The notes under the pieces: generated by a model
Databases searched by the model: none
What the model was told of the DNA's origin: nothing
The model's input: only the letters and a program-made list of their open reading frames with translations
Shown: one piece after another, positions 41,461 to 57,160 of the stretch
Layout of the letters: each line of letters starts with the position of its first letter
Numbering within the stretch: position 1 is the first letter of the stretch
Made by a program: the position numbers and the translations under genes
DNA from: the human T2T-CHM13v2.0 reference genome, Homo sapiens
DNA: 64,000 nucleotides
Reading direction: 5' to 3' (one strand)
Assembly (NCBI RefSeq): GCF_009914755.1
Contig: NC_060926.1

Positions 41461-43609
41461 CTTTCTCTCATGGCAATTGTTGAGCACACTCACAGGACCA
41501 GATAGTCTCAACCATGTTCAAGTTCACATGTGGGGCTTACGCAACAGGGAGATCACCTAAGACCCCAAGTTCTTTCCATCACAACCCTTTACTCAGCATG
41601 AAGAGGAGAGGAGTCTGAAGAGCGTTTCCTTTTAGCAGGCTTGGCTTCTCTGTGTTGGCAAGGTGCCCCGGGAGAACTGGCTTTCAGGCATGCACGCAAT
41701 GGAATGCAATATGGACCTTGACATTAATCAGACTGTGTTTTTTCCTTTTCTCTGCAAAAGCACAGCACAACCATAAGGTGAAAAGTTGGGGCAGTTTCAT
41801 CCTGGCTGGATTCCCCTCTCTCTCTCTGTTGTTGGGGAACATGAAGCCCTGAACTTCAAGCACTTATAATAATGTTTAACAACAAGCAAAGAGCTCTGGT
41901 CAAATTTCTGGAGGGAAAAGCAGTGAGAGGTTGGAAGTCACCATTTTCTTCCTGTTTAGGAAATGAAGCTTTTAATTATTTCTAGCTATGCTATCTCTAC
42001 TGAGTTTTATGTCAGGAAATATGCACCTGGTGATAGCCTGTTGCTGAAGTAAACTTCAGGCTTTTTTCCCTCTCTTCCTCTTTCTGGTTTCCTCCTGCAA
42101 CTTGGGTTCATGACAGCTTGTTGTTGGGCAGGGCATTAGCCTTTTGTAATTTATTGCTTTTAGATTAAATCTGGGGAAACTCAATATTGCAGTTGAATGA
42201 TTAGAGCAATACCCCTTGGAGTAATAAATTTTCTTTGGTGCTGTGCATCTCCAGATCATGTTTCCCTTCTAATTACATTTACATAAATGATATTCTGTAA
42301 AATTAAATTAACATTCAAACGGTTACACTGGCAGGGAGATACAAAAATTAGTTACCAAGTTGCATCTCTTAAAAAAAAATTTAGTTCTTTTCATAATATG
42401 AATCACTACCCACTCTCAAGTGTCAGCAGTCAGCACAACCTCGGTGCCAGAACTGCACAGGGATGTTTGTCACCAGTTAATGGAGATGTTTTGTTTCTTT
42501 CTTGGAGATTTAGACTGTAAAGCCTCATTAGACAGTGAGTATAGTGACTTTTTAAACTTGGCTGCTAATGAATTGCTAATTTTTCTTCAAACTTCTTGCC
42601 TTCAAATTCTGCAGTGATCATGGGGAATGTCCAAATTGAATATGCACACAGAACTTTGTTACGGTCTTTGCCTTCCTCGCCACCCACCCAGAATCTTTTT
42701 CAAGCTTTGGTTTTCCAGCCTAGGCATTAACAGAAGGCCTGTCACGGGTGACATCAGGATCTCCCTACTCTTTTATTATCTCTTTACCACTTCGGGATGT
42801 TTCCATTATAAAGAGTTTGGGTTTCTTTAGAAGTTGCACTACTTGGAGGGTTTGAATCAGAATAGTCAGAAAATCTACAGCTTCCTTGACTTGGCTAAGA
42901 ATGTTACCTCCACCATGTTTATCCTCAGAACAACTTCAGAACCATATCCATTATGACTTTCAGTAAAACTAATCAGTGCCATGTCTAAATGGATGATCCA
43001 TCCATTTTACAGCTTGTTGATTGATACAAAATGTCATTTTATTTATGTTAAAACATATACATCTATCTATAGGAAGATGTTTACCAAAACATTAGCAGTA
43101 GCATCCCTGAGCAGTGCATTTTTCTTATTTATTATTGCTTGTATTGTTTGAATTGACTGTGTACTATTTTTATTAAAAAACCAAAACAAAACAGTAAGTT
43201 ACTGCAAAAGAAGCATCTCTTCATGTCCTTGAAGTTCAGGTGAAGAGATGCTTACATGGAGTGCTGGTGGCACAGGCTGCAGCTGCTTTTTTCTCCCTGT
43301 TAAGCACCAGAACCTGTGATTCCTCATTACCTGGATTTGGCAAGACTTTGGCCACAATTATACCCCTAGATCATAATTACATGCATTGAAATGCCTGATA
43401 AAATGTGGCTGTCAGGAGTCCACTCTCACAATAACCTTTTAGTGACCATCATTGTAACATAAGATGATGCAATTAAAAGAAGAAAACAAATACCTCTTTT
43501 CAAAGAAGCCTGTCCTTCCCAGATCCTCGCCCAGATCAGTCTACCTGGACTCCACCACATCTAACAGGATTTCTCATAATCTCCTCTTTCTTGGGCTTAC
43601 ATTCACTTA

Positions 43610-44860
<1,251 letters not shown>

Positions 44861-45199
44861 TGCGTGACATTGTAAGGAAACTTCACATACTCCTTTTACC
44901 CTGCCATTGATAACGACTTGCTGAACTTACCATTTCAGCTCCCTCTTCCATCAGCTGCCACAGTCCCATTGTCTTGAATCTTGAGAAGAGCTATGAAGCT
45001 ATCAAAGATGATGCTTAACTTGAAACTCAGTTCTTCTATCTGGGCTTTATCTGGGAAAAAGGGCTTCCTGCCTTCTAATTGATTTGTTCATTATTTCTGT
45101 TTGTATCAAGAGTTAATTTATAGTATATCCAAATACATATACTAATGAACCATGTCCTAATGGAGTTCTACACTGTGCAAATGCATGTAATTCATTTTA

Positions 45200-45382
45200 T
45201 ACCTCTCATGCAGCACTTATATTATGCCATAAATCACAGTTATTGTCATACTTGCTTTATCTCCCCTATAAGAATTCAAGCTCCTTGAAGACAGGGAGGT
45301 TGCTTTGTGTAGTTTTATGCCTCACATAGTACCTAACATAGTGTGACTCACATAACTAAACATCAATATTTATTCACTGATT
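45200..45382 (+). mobile_element. L2 3' end fragment
   Basis: aagctccttgaagacaggga...tagtacctaacatagtg...caatatttattcactga. Confidence 0.65.
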
Positions 45383-47898
45383 CTGTCTTCAATGACCAGG
45401 GGCTGTAGGCTCCCTAGGAAAAGCAATTGCAGTTATCCAGGTATAGGGTGATAAGAAATTGAGGTAGAAAATAAAGGAATACCTATATCTAGCATGGAGT
45501 AAATATCCAATATATATTTGTTGATTGATTGAATTTTAAGAAGAATTGACAGGTAAAGAGGGAAAAGGTCAAAGTGAAGGATGGGAAATATACCCATAGT
45601 TAATAAAAAATGCCACTCTCCTTCATACCTCACCTCTGGTATATGCTGTTCCGTTGCCTGCAACTCAATAGCATTGCTTCCTCTGCTTCCTATGGTATTC
45701 AGCCCAGTGGTCACACCCTGAATAGCCCTTCCCTCATTGGCTTGTCAGAGATGGCAGTATCTTCCTTTACAATCTCATTGATCGTACAGACTATTCTGTC
45801 ATTCAACACCTTTTTTCCTATTTGACGTATACACCTCTCTGTTCTCATGGGACTTCACAGGGTCGGCTTCCAGCACAGAAGAGGTACAATAACAGGACAG
45901 ATGGGTAGAAGGATAGAGGGCTGAATAGGGATCCACACATAGTTGACCTTAATTTCAGCAGTACTTACCATACTATCCTACCTCTAAAATACATAAATGT
46001 GATTTTTTACCTGCCTGACATTCCTTTTAAAGAAAAAATAACTTTCAAAAAATTATAGAATTACTTTATTCTAGAATTACAAAGTTCAGGTTAAATGGTT
46101 GCATGCTATGCACCCAGTAATCACGTATGGGATGAATGACAGATTGATGGTCACTACCACTGCCCCTGGTATGGTGCTAGGTGCTTTGGAAAGGAGGAGA
46201 AGTTTTAGAAGATGTGGTTCATGTTCTCAAATTATTTTTGATACAGATAAGAGAAAAAACTCAATCAAATTAAAGACAAAATATGTGCAAGTGCAGGATC
46301 ACATACAATCAGATCATTTGTGCCATTGCAGTTTTCATAAGGAAGTGGGTGAATGAGGGTATGCTTTCATTTTTATACCAGGAGAGGCCTCCCTTTGTTC
46401 TTCATAGCCACCTTTGGATTTGTGAGCCCTCACATCAGGATCTACTAACAGGTACTTCCCTTCTTTGTCATTCACTTACTTTTTTCACTGCAACTCAGTT
46501 CTGAATACCCCATGCACATGAGACCTTCGGCTCAATCCCTCCCAACACCATCTGCATGCTATGGAGGACCAAATGCTTCTGCAGCCCTGGCTTTCCCAGG
46601 TGGGATGCTGAGTGCAGCTCTCAGAGCTGGATCCAGCCTGCTGGCCTCTCAACTGCCTCCATCTGGGCCTGCTATTAGTGGATGGATGCCCAAAGCATGG
46701 GCTCACCCACCCGAGGTGAACAAATGGGACCAGTGCTCCAGAGCTCCTTGGGGAGAGCTATGAAGACTGGTCACTGGAACCCTTCATTGCCTGTGACTTA
46801 TACACCAGGGAAAGTTAGAGAAATTTATGAGTGGGCACCATATGCCAGCCCAACATCTGCTTCCTCATATGGGTCATGAATACAAGACAGTGCTAAGTAC
46901 ATTAAAGATGAGCCTCAGGCATGTACACAGAAAATGCAGTTTAACTGCTTAGGGGGATGAAGATTCCAAGGCACTATTAGGAGGAGTTTTCATACTCATT
47001 TTTTCAAATTGTAGAACACAAAATATAAATATAGGTAATGCTGTTTGTTCTCTTTAAGGGTGCTGAGAGTCCCTGAATCCTTTCCTTAGTCTTCTTCCAG
47101 GGGTCCCTGAGCTACTCCCATCAGTGCTGTGATTCTAAAAGACACAGTTTCAAAACAACTCTTTTGGTTGGTTGAGAAAGGAGAGCTGCCTTTTTTTTTC
47201 TTTCAGTATTTTCTGCATTAAACCCTGGGGAAAGACATTTAAACATAAAATGTTTGGATGAGGGGTCATCACAGATTGGACCTTGTTTATCAGTATCTCA
47301 ATGAAGTCAGTTATGAAATTGAAGTAAACAATCAACATTCTTTTGATAAGCTGAATGCTTTGCAGAAGAGAGGGAAGTACAGTGCTGGTATCTTGATGTT
47401 GTTCTTTAAACTTTCCAAATCTACTGGACAGCAAAGTCGTGTTTCTACTATACTACTGCTCAGAGCCAGGTTGTAATATCCAAGTCTTGGTTGATAGTGT
47501 CACGCAGGCAGTCATGAGAGCAGGAGGAAAGTGGTGAACTACAGTGATAGTGTCACCCTCAGATTTTGCCGCTTCAGTTTTAAAAATGATGATGATGGAT
47601 ATCACTTTGGAGCCTAGATTTTCTCAGGACTGTACATGACAGGGTTCTGTGGAGTAATATTATTTAAATATTTGTCTGAAAGGAATAAAAGTCATTGTAA
47701 TATTTTAGCCAATAAAAACACCTATTCTGACAACCCACTGTTACATAATTTGGATTTGGTTAGAATTTGAAAATTTCTCTTTTTGAGAGTAAAATGACGA
47801 GGTAATAGTAAATGTCCAGGCTCTTTCACTTGTGTGCCGTTGGACAAATTGCTTCTCTGGTCCTAAGTTTCTTCATCTCTGAAAGGGGAATAATACAG

Positions 47899-48251
47899 GG
47901 ATATGGTTTTGCTATGTCCCCACCCAAATCTCATCTTGAACTGTAGCTCCCATAATTGTCACATATTGTAGGAGGGACTTAGTGGGAGATAATTGAATCA
48001 TGGGGACAGTTTCCCCCATACTTTTCTCATGGTAGTGAATAAGTCTCACAAAATCTGATGGTATAAGGGGTTCCCCCTTTTGCTTGATTCTCATTCTCTC
48101 TCGACTGTCACCATATAAGACGTGCCTTTCACCTTCCACCATGATTATGAGGTCTCCCAAGCCACATGGAACTTTGAGTCTATTAAACCTCTTTGTCAGT
48201 CACCCAGTCTCGAGTATGTCTTTATCAGCAGTGTGAAAATGAACTAATACA
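47899..48251 (+). mobile_element. THE1 (C/D-like) MaLR solo LTR inserted in a MIR
   Basis: gatatggttt..gtccccacccaaatctcatcttgaa...gaactaataca; perfect TSD tacag at 47894-47898 and 48252-48256. Confidence 0.95.
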
Positions 48252-50659
48252 TACAGTAATATAACCCAACTTATAGGCTAGTTGGAATGATTAAACCCAA
48301 ATTTATGAAGCACTTGGACAAGTGGCACTCAAAAAAAATTGCAGTTATGAATCATTTTTTAAAGCAAGTCACTGTTCAGGCAGCATGGCATAGTGAATTA
48401 TATTATGAATCAGGCATGTGAGTTCTAATCCCAGTTCTACCACTAAATGTGTCTGTTAATGCCTTGGGACTTTGGTCCCTTGACCTGTAAAAAGGGGTGT
48501 TTGGGCCAGTTGAATTTGAAGGTACTTCTGATTCTAACAGTCTACAGAGTTCTGAACTATTTTGGTCAATGGATTGCTAAGAATTTTGGCTTTTGAACTG
48601 ACTGATAGTCAGCATATGACCCTTTGACATAAAATGGTGTGCTAATTTCCTCCCTTTTTGACATCTCACTTCCTCTATTTATTCCTGTTGTCCATGAATT
48701 CCACCACTTAAAGGAAAATTAAGAACTAGTTTCACTTACAATAGAGAAATACTGAATTTTCTTAAAAAGTTTCATTTTTCTGCTATTCTATTTTTTAAAA
48801 ATTAGTAGCTTAAAGATATGAGTCTAATGAGAGGAATAGAAAAAATGATCAGTTTCCCAGCTCTTCCTAAATTAAGATTTCACAATATTATTTTATTAGT
48901 TTGAAGTGAATTTCTAGAATTTTAGGCATCTTTATAGTATAAATGTTAGGTTGAAAACATTCTAAAACAAAATATGATGTGTTTAGCCATTTTGATGACT
49001 TTTTATTCATTTTTTAATGTTTCTCTTCTATTGATTTGGAAATTCCAAAAATAACAGATTTTGAAGTTATACCATGGGTTTGAGGTGATATATGATAGTA
49101 TCATCCACTTCGGGACACTTTATTTGTTGGGGTCAATATTAAAACTTCTATTTATATGTTTTTTTATCTGATTCTACTGTTATAATTCTGTATATGCTTT
49201 ATAAAGAACATGATATATTATTGTTATGTACAGTAGTACCTGTGGCACTGCCTGCTCAAACATTATTTTGGTTGGGGATCTAATGGAAAAGGTTTGGAGG
49301 CCACCTCTTTGGATAAATATAGCATGCAACACTGGTCCCAAAGGGCTGCAATTTTGAACAAATAGTTTGATGTTCATAAATTCATAAATTGAGTGTTTAT
49401 TGAGCACATGCTGTGTGCCTGATACCGTGCTAAGCACTTGCTGTTCATATGATTTTGTTTATAAGTTGTGCTTCTTAAACTGGAAGTGGTAAGTTTATAT
49501 GGCACATTGTTGGGAAAGATCAAACACATGGCCATAGGATAGAGTTTATTTGTGTCAGATTGTCCTCTCTTTACTTGAGTGGCTTTAATCTTTTACCTCC
49601 ACTCTTCATGCATGCATGTTTGGCAAATTGATAAGTGTGAGACAATCATACACAATGTGTATGTCTGAAAACAAATGACAAGAGACCTTCTCACAGGACT
49701 GACAGGGGGAAAGCTCATGCCTGCAAAGTTTGGCACTTTGTGGTTGGCTGGCTGACTGCTAGGAGAAGGAAGATTAAAGAATATTGAAAAGAGGCTGGCT
49801 GGAATCAGAAATAATGGGCTAAGTTTTAGAAGCCAGCTGGAGGCGGTTCAGTGTTCCAGCTATTCAGCTACTCTCCCAAGACAGTGTAATGTGTCATCAT
49901 TAAGGCTTAGAATTCATAAGAGAAAGAGTTAAAGTTTAGGGTATCTTAGGACCCCAAATTAATTATACATTTCTTATATGAGGTAGAATGTGTATATGAC
50001 TTTTCCCAAGGCAGCATGTGGGCTCCTAAACTTACAACGTACATCTATCTTTAGGGAGCTTGTATTTTATTGGAAACATGGTCCTGAAGGGCTGCTGATG
50101 CATGTGAACAAGTACAGTCTTGAATTTGGAGTCTAAACCATCTTAAACAAGGTTGGTGGAATTTGTAGGGAAGGTTAGAAGGAGAGAAATAGGAAGGCTA
50201 ATGAGGAATAGCTTACCTGATTCAGAGCTCAAAAATGCAAGTCATGCACAGATACAATGATTGAGTTACCAATATGATTTAGACCAATATCAAATACTGT
50301 CATGGAGCTCAGGTCAGACTAGGAGTTTATTCAATGCATCCATTAGATAAAAACATACTGAGCACCTGCCACATGCTGGGCATTGTTGTTAATCCTTGGG
50401 ATACATAAGGGAACAAAATGATAACAAAGAAAAAAGAAAATTTTTAAAATCCTTAACATTTTGTAGCTCATATCCAGTGAGGTGTCAATGAAGGTGACAA
50501 TATATTCGTGACATTTTAGGACAGAGTAAACATGAGTCATAGGTGAGAATTAGCAATGTGACAGTCGACTCACTCTATGTGGTACCTCACCATGATGCTG
50601 TGAGTTCTCTTCAGAACCATAGATGGTAAGAGAGGAAGAGCCAGGTGTAGACAGAGAAA

Positions 50660-50870
50660 TGGTAACAGAAAAATCTATATTCAAATCTTGGCTCTATCAT
50701 TTATTAGTAGTCTAATATTGGTCAAGGAATTAAACTCTTTGCTTTAGATTCTTCATCTGTAAAATGAGGATGAGAACACCCATCTCACTTGTCTGTGGTA
50801 CAGATTAAGAAACCATATATAAAATGCTCCACAGGAGGTGACTTATAGTAAAAACTTAGTAATTTATATA
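50660..50870 (+). mobile_element. MIR SINE
   Basis: ttcaaatcttggctctatcatttattag...ttcttcatctgtaaaatgaggat. Confidence 0.7.
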
Positions 50871-53737
50871 TTTTCCTTTTACTTCGGACAAACCTAGTTA
50901 TCTATGACAATTATATAACTTTCTCCCATACTCTTAAGAATGGTATATAGGCCATGTTATTACCTTTTTTACATTTGAGGTAAACCAAGGCAAAGAGCAG
51001 TTGGGTGAATGTTTTGACCATGAATAATTCTGATCTCTGCTCATCAGACAGCCTTCTGTAATAATCTTGATTAATCTGCCTTTTTCTTTCCATTTTAGTC
51101 AACCATTTGAGGTTGACCATTGAGGTTTCTGCCATTGGCAATCTTTTTATATTTTTCTATTCATTTTGATCAAAATGCTTCTTAGTGGAATGGTTGAAAT
51201 GAAACAACCACAAAGACTTATGTGCAAAATGTGGAAGGAGACAGTGAGGGTCTGATGTTCTTAAGTATGTCTCTGCAACTCTGCAGGCAAAAAAGTAGGT
51301 CCTACCTCTGGGATAGTAGGACCTCTGTGGGTTCAAAGTTCCAGCTCAAGGTGAGAAGACTCGAGTAACTTCATAGAGATGATGGGACTGTTGAAGGAAG
51401 TAACATCTAGAATGTCGAGCATTTTGCTTGGCACATAGTAGGTACTGGCTTTTCCTTCCTCTGTGCCTGGCAACACCATGAAATAAAACTCGGCTTTCAT
51501 GAGATTATATGGTAGATGAAGCAACTTTGAATATACATGGTTCTATATCAAGGTAGGAAACATGGTAACTTCATATGAAAATGAGGAATTTATAGAACAA
51601 AAGAACTATGTTCTTCAGTAACACTGGTATCCTTGCAGCTGGAAAGACATTTTTCTTAAGTGGTTGGAGCTTGTCATTTGTCTAGATACATCCTATTTAT
51701 GGTGACTTTCTCTAAAGCTCATGATTAATGTGGGCTTTTAAAAATTGTTTTTCTTTGTGTTATGTTTCTCTCCAGTATGCCTGAATGTTGGTTTTAATTA
51801 AATTTAGGAAGGAAGAGAAGGGGGGTTGGGTGGCCTGACAAAGTTGAAGAGCATCAGTGAAAATCACATTTATGTTTTGGAGCATGGAATTTGAAAATGG
51901 AATAAATAATACGAAAGAGAGGACTTCTCCAAATGGGAAAATAATGAATATGCTTAAACTCTTTTGTATTATTCTCATTTTGGCTGAAGATGGGATTCTT
52001 GATTTGGGAAAAAGTTTTTTTAATCATTAACTCTATGTATTTTATACATACCACCCCAAGAATCACCTTTCTTTTTGTTTTATTTTTCTCCAGAATAAGT
52101 CATTATTTTGTAGAAGTGGATTTTGCTCTTTAATTAATCATATGTTTACTTATGCGACTTTAGCTATAATGTAATTGAAACTTGGAGCAAGGCTATTCTG
52201 CACTGTGCTAAGGTTAATTATGCAGTGATGAAACTATATTACTTTTGGCTAAAATTTACCTTTACTCAGCATACTGCTTTTTTTTTTTTTTACAAAAAAG
52301 TACAAATTAGTAGCATAAGTAAGATTACTTAGGAAAAAAATTGTTTTCAAGCACTTAAATAACCTACCTTCATTTATAACAGCTATGCTAATTAGAAACT
52401 AGTCTCATCTATTTCTCAAAGCAGTTCCTTAAGAACTTTCAGTCAGCAATAGCATGAATGGATAGACCTAGACGAGCTCAAATTATTGTGGGTATTTGGG
52501 AGTCGTAAAACAGTATTTCTTCAAAATATTTTCTTATCTAGATTTTTTAATGGTTTCAACCTGACCTTCCCCTTGGCTAGTTCAAATAAGTAAAATTGGT
52601 CTGCATTCCTAAATCATTCCTGAATGTTCTAAGTTCCAACTTCCAATCAGTGGTGTTTGCCTGGCAGTACACTTCCTTGTGGGCTGCCTCTCACCTGAGG
52701 CAGTAACCAAGCTCACTAAGAAGGCTGATTAACCCCCTCTCTGAAATAAGATTAGGGTTTAAAGTGTGCATTTTTTAATGAAAAGGAAAACTCTAAATTT
52801 AAGGCAGTCATGCTTCTTGTAGGGAGGTCAAAGAGTGAGTAGATTATGAGGTGCGGGAGATGAAGAAGGGAGGAGGAAGATTTATGTGCTCTGTGGTATT
52901 TGAAACCAATTTACAATTGGCCCCTGGAGTCCAGAGATTTACATATTGTGTAGTTTGAAAAAACGGATGTGAAATTTTAGAGTAACACTCAAAAGTGCCT
53001 CTTATAAGCTTTCTTGGTCAATAGACTCCCTGATTAATTTTAAAAATAAAATAAAAAATTGAATATTGAAAAAAAATTAATTTGCTTGAATACATAACCA
53101 TTTATCTGGCAATATTGGGCAATGGTTAAAGGTACAAATTTAAGTATTCATGAAGCTTTGTGAATTTGGGGAAATTTCTTAACTTATTTATGCCTCACCA
53201 ATATAAAAAGGGTAATAATAGTAATGAATTAAACCCTACACACTCAGCATAAAAGAATTCAACACTATATGTTTGTTAAAAGAGGAAGGAAGAGAACAAT
53301 AATTTAAATTGCAAGAATGATTCCATCTGCCATTGAACTCAATATGTATTTTCCCTGGTAAACATGAGACAGGAGATATGAATCTGCTTTTTCCTCATTT
53401 TGTCTTATTTCCTGAGGTCCTCTTGTGATATAAGCATTTCAACTAGCTTAGGGTGCTTCTATTGTTTAAAGATACAGTGTACACTTTTGTGCAATAGGAT
53501 CCTAAATGCATAAGCTGCTATTTATACCTGGGGATCCACTGACCAGTGATGGAGATCAACTGGCTGGGCCCTTCTTTTTGAGAAATGTTTTATCTGTCAT
53601 TAACATGATACCTTTCTTCCCTACGCCTTTTCGTTAAGAATATGGATGGTTTATGTTTTCTGCTTTACATGTTGACTTTAGAACTTCACTAAGTATGATG
53701 TAGCTCCACCTTTATGGCTACTCTTAAAAGGTAGTTG

Positions 53738-53975
53738 GTTCATAGAAACTGAAAGTAGAAGAGTGGTTAGCAAAGATTGGAGGGAAGGAGAAATGGAAAG
53801 TTACTGTTTAATGGGCACAGAGTTTCTGTTTAGGATGATGATAAAGTTTTAGAAATGGATAGTGGTGATGGCTGCATGACATTGTGGATGTACTTAATAC
53901 CACTGAACTGTATGCTTAAAATTGGTTCAAGTGGTAAATTGTATGTTATGTATATTTTACCAGAATAACAACAAA
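53738..53975 (+). mobile_element. L1MB 3' end, with TSD
   Basis: gttactgtttaatgggcacagagtttc...gatagtggtgatggctgca...tatgttatgtatattttacca; TSD aaaaggtagttg/aaaaagtagttg. Confidence 0.9.
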
Positions 53976-56509
53976 AAAGTAGTTGAGGAATTTCTGTGAG
54001 AAAATAATGCATAGCAAGCAATTAGCACAAAGTCATGAAGAGCTAATGTAAATCAACTACAATTATTAAGGGGATAATTTGGTTACTATTACTATTCGGC
54101 TATGGTTTATACATCAGGACTATCTACCTGATTTTATGCCTTTTGACTCAGCCTAATTTATACACAAGCAGGGATGGGATGAAATGTTTCTCCTGGCCCC
54201 TAGGTACATTTTGGGACATAAATCTCAGAACTCCTTTCTGGATCCATTAAGTCCTTGCTCTCTCTCTCTCCTGCTGCCCACATCTCCTGTGTTCCTGTGT
54301 GTGCCCAGTGTGGGCATGCTTTTTGGGTTTTTGCTTCCACTTCTGTCTTTATAATCACTATTTGGACTTGTCTATTTTTCTCTATTATTCTTTATTCTCA
54401 AAATCATTTGGGATTCCTTTTCCCATTTCCTCTACTTCTTTGCCCAGGATCATTTTCTATGTGATGAGCCTCAGTCCTCAATCCTCAGTGCAATGATTAG
54501 TGACTCAACTGAATGACCTATGTACCAGGCTCGGTCCCAGCCCTCTTTCAAGATGATCAGACATAGTTTCCAGAGTAGGGACCCAGAGGCCTCTGGAGCT
54601 TCCTTTTAGAACCATTTAAGGCTAGTCTTCTAATTGGGACAGAGTCCCTGCGTGTGGCTGGGAAAAGTAAGACAACAGAGATTGAGGACCTGGTGTGAAG
54701 AAGGCCAGGAATTAGAGAAAACGCAAAGGGAGCCAAGGTCAGAAAAAAAATAGTAGAATAAGAATGATAGAAAGTGTTGAGAACATAGAGAAACCACACT
54801 GAAGTCAAGGAAATGATCAAAGTTCTGTATAGACAACTCTGACCTGGGACTCAGTGGCTAATTACCTCTCTGAGCATAGCCAGCTGTTTAAAGTTACAGA
54901 CCAATTCGCTCCTCTACCAATCTTCTCCCCTCTTAAAATGGCTGCAGCTGAATCTGCATTACAGTGTGCAGAATCATAGAGAGAATGTAACTCATTGTCT
55001 TATTTTCGGATAAGGCATGACCCAGAAAAGGAAAATGCTCTGCTCCAGCTAACCCAGCTGTTCAATGTGTGCGGGGGGAGGGGGAGGCAGGGGATCTGGA
55101 CTTCAACTCAAATCTCACTATTTTGAGTAGTCCCCTTGTGCTGCATGGACTCCCATGGGTGAGGGCCATGATGATGGAGTTGTGTAGAACCATACCGAAT
55201 ATAGCACCATATGCATTGTAGCAGGTAATAAATGCTTCTTGATGGTGGTGGCAACGAAGATGATGATGTTTATGGCCATAGAGAAAACTCCATTTAGATG
55301 AAATTAAATGATACTGCATGGAAGAGAGAGGAAAATGCCAAGCTATTTAATGGCTGACATGTAAGATGAATTTGGTAATGAAGCTTGGGGACTTACCAGG
55401 CCAGAAAACTTCATTCTCTCATTATATAGTCCTTAATGACCCACTTATTACTAATATAAAGGGAAAGATATACATATAAACACATGTTCCTGAATGTTTG
55501 GCTGCAAGAAATGAAACCAGTACACCAGCTTGAGGGGTTAGCAACAGACGCTGTTTCTGTATGAATGATCAAATTTGCTGTTTTCCAGCTGGAAAATGAC
55601 AACTCAAGTAAAAGGGTAAAGGATGATGTGACTATACTTATACAAAAGACAGGAGAGAGTAATGTAAAGAGAGCAGGTGGAGCTGGCTAACTCTAAGAAT
55701 TGCTATGGGGAAACTGGAAGAGGAAATAGATTTATTTGGAAGCATGACTTATGTCTTCTTTTGAGATGTGCACTTCTAAAAGTATTCAATTTTTCACTTA
55801 TATGGCATTTATTTCTCTGACAAACTGAATTATCCAAGATATCACTGAAAACTATCAGGGAAACCAAAATGGAAGCCACCTCTGTTGGCAAAAGCATATG
55901 CACTTCATTCTTTAAGAGTTCTTCTTAGGTCCTTGATCAGAATTCATTCACTCTTATTTGACACCCAGTCTTAAAGAGTTACCTGGTTTCCTATCTCATA
56001 GCAAATTATAAGTAGTGCAACATAAGGTGTGAATGGCACATTCTTTAGGAACAGAGCAAGTGACACATGACAACTTGAAAATGAGAGGAAAGAAAGAAAA
56101 CCAGGAAACAAATAAACAAAAGAAACTTAGAATAAAAAAGACCATAGTGATGTGTTGTCATTTACTGCAGAGAAGTTCCTACATATCACTTTGCTCCTTT
56201 GGGGCATTGCTGATTTATATCATAGCCAAAGGGACTTTGTGTCAGTCATGGCATCTGAAGATTTAGAGGGTTAGACCAGACAATCTCCAAGGCCCCTCCA
56301 AAAAAAAAAGAAAAAGTTTTCAAAAAAGATTTTGATGCTATCTTCACTGCGAAGACCATATTCAGACATGGTGTACAAATATGGGCCCCTCCTCCTCCCA
56401 AAAATGTTGGCAGTTGAAGCATTAATCTCAGTTATCTGGAAAGGTGTCTTCCTGGGAACACTATACCATGCTGCTGTCCCATTGATGTGGCCTTGGTTTG
56501 GCTTTGCCA

Positions 56510-56730
56510 GAATTAGAATCTCGTGTCTACCATGTATTAGTGAATGACCCTAGGCAAGGTACCACCCATTTCTAATCCCAGGTTCTTCATTTGTAAATTG
56601 AAGATTATAATATCTACCACATAGAGCTGTTCTAAGTCTTAGTGGCTTGAACCAATATGTGTCTAGTGCTTAGCTTAGTGGCTAAAACATAGGAAATGTT
56701 CAATAAATATTTGTTATTGCTGTGTTGTTG
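56510..56730 (+). mobile_element. MIR SINE
   Basis: tgaccctaggcaagg...ttcttcatttgtaaattgaagattataatatctacc...caataaatatttgtt. Confidence 0.7.
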
Positions 56731-56959
56731 GCAGTAATAATAACAATAATTTCCCCTTCTACTTTAGTTTATGTCCATGCTGCAGATATAAAGGATGAAG
56801 TTGTAGGGCAGGAAGTCTTATGACACTTGGAGCAGCTACTCAATGGAAATCACAAACAGAATGAGTTTCATCCACATGTCAAGACACTACTACCAACAGA
56901 GCTATTTCAGGACACCTACCTAAATAACTAGCTGTCTCTTCCACTTAAAGCAAGGTATG

Positions 56960-57160
56960 TATTAGTTTAACATTATTCAGCTTATATGGTAATTTTGTAA
57001 ACTTTATTTCGTTTGGCCTTCACAATAAACTTGTGAAAGAAATACAGTCCGCCCCTTATCACAGATGAGGAATGGGCTATTTAGGATTTAAATAACTTGT
57101 CTATATTTATCCAGCTCTAAAACAGAAATAAACTTGAAGTTTACACTCTGACTCTAATGG
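56960..57160 (-). mobile_element. MIR SINE fragment
   Basis: cttcacaataaacttgtga...cacagatgaggaa...ttaaataacttgtc. Confidence 0.6.
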
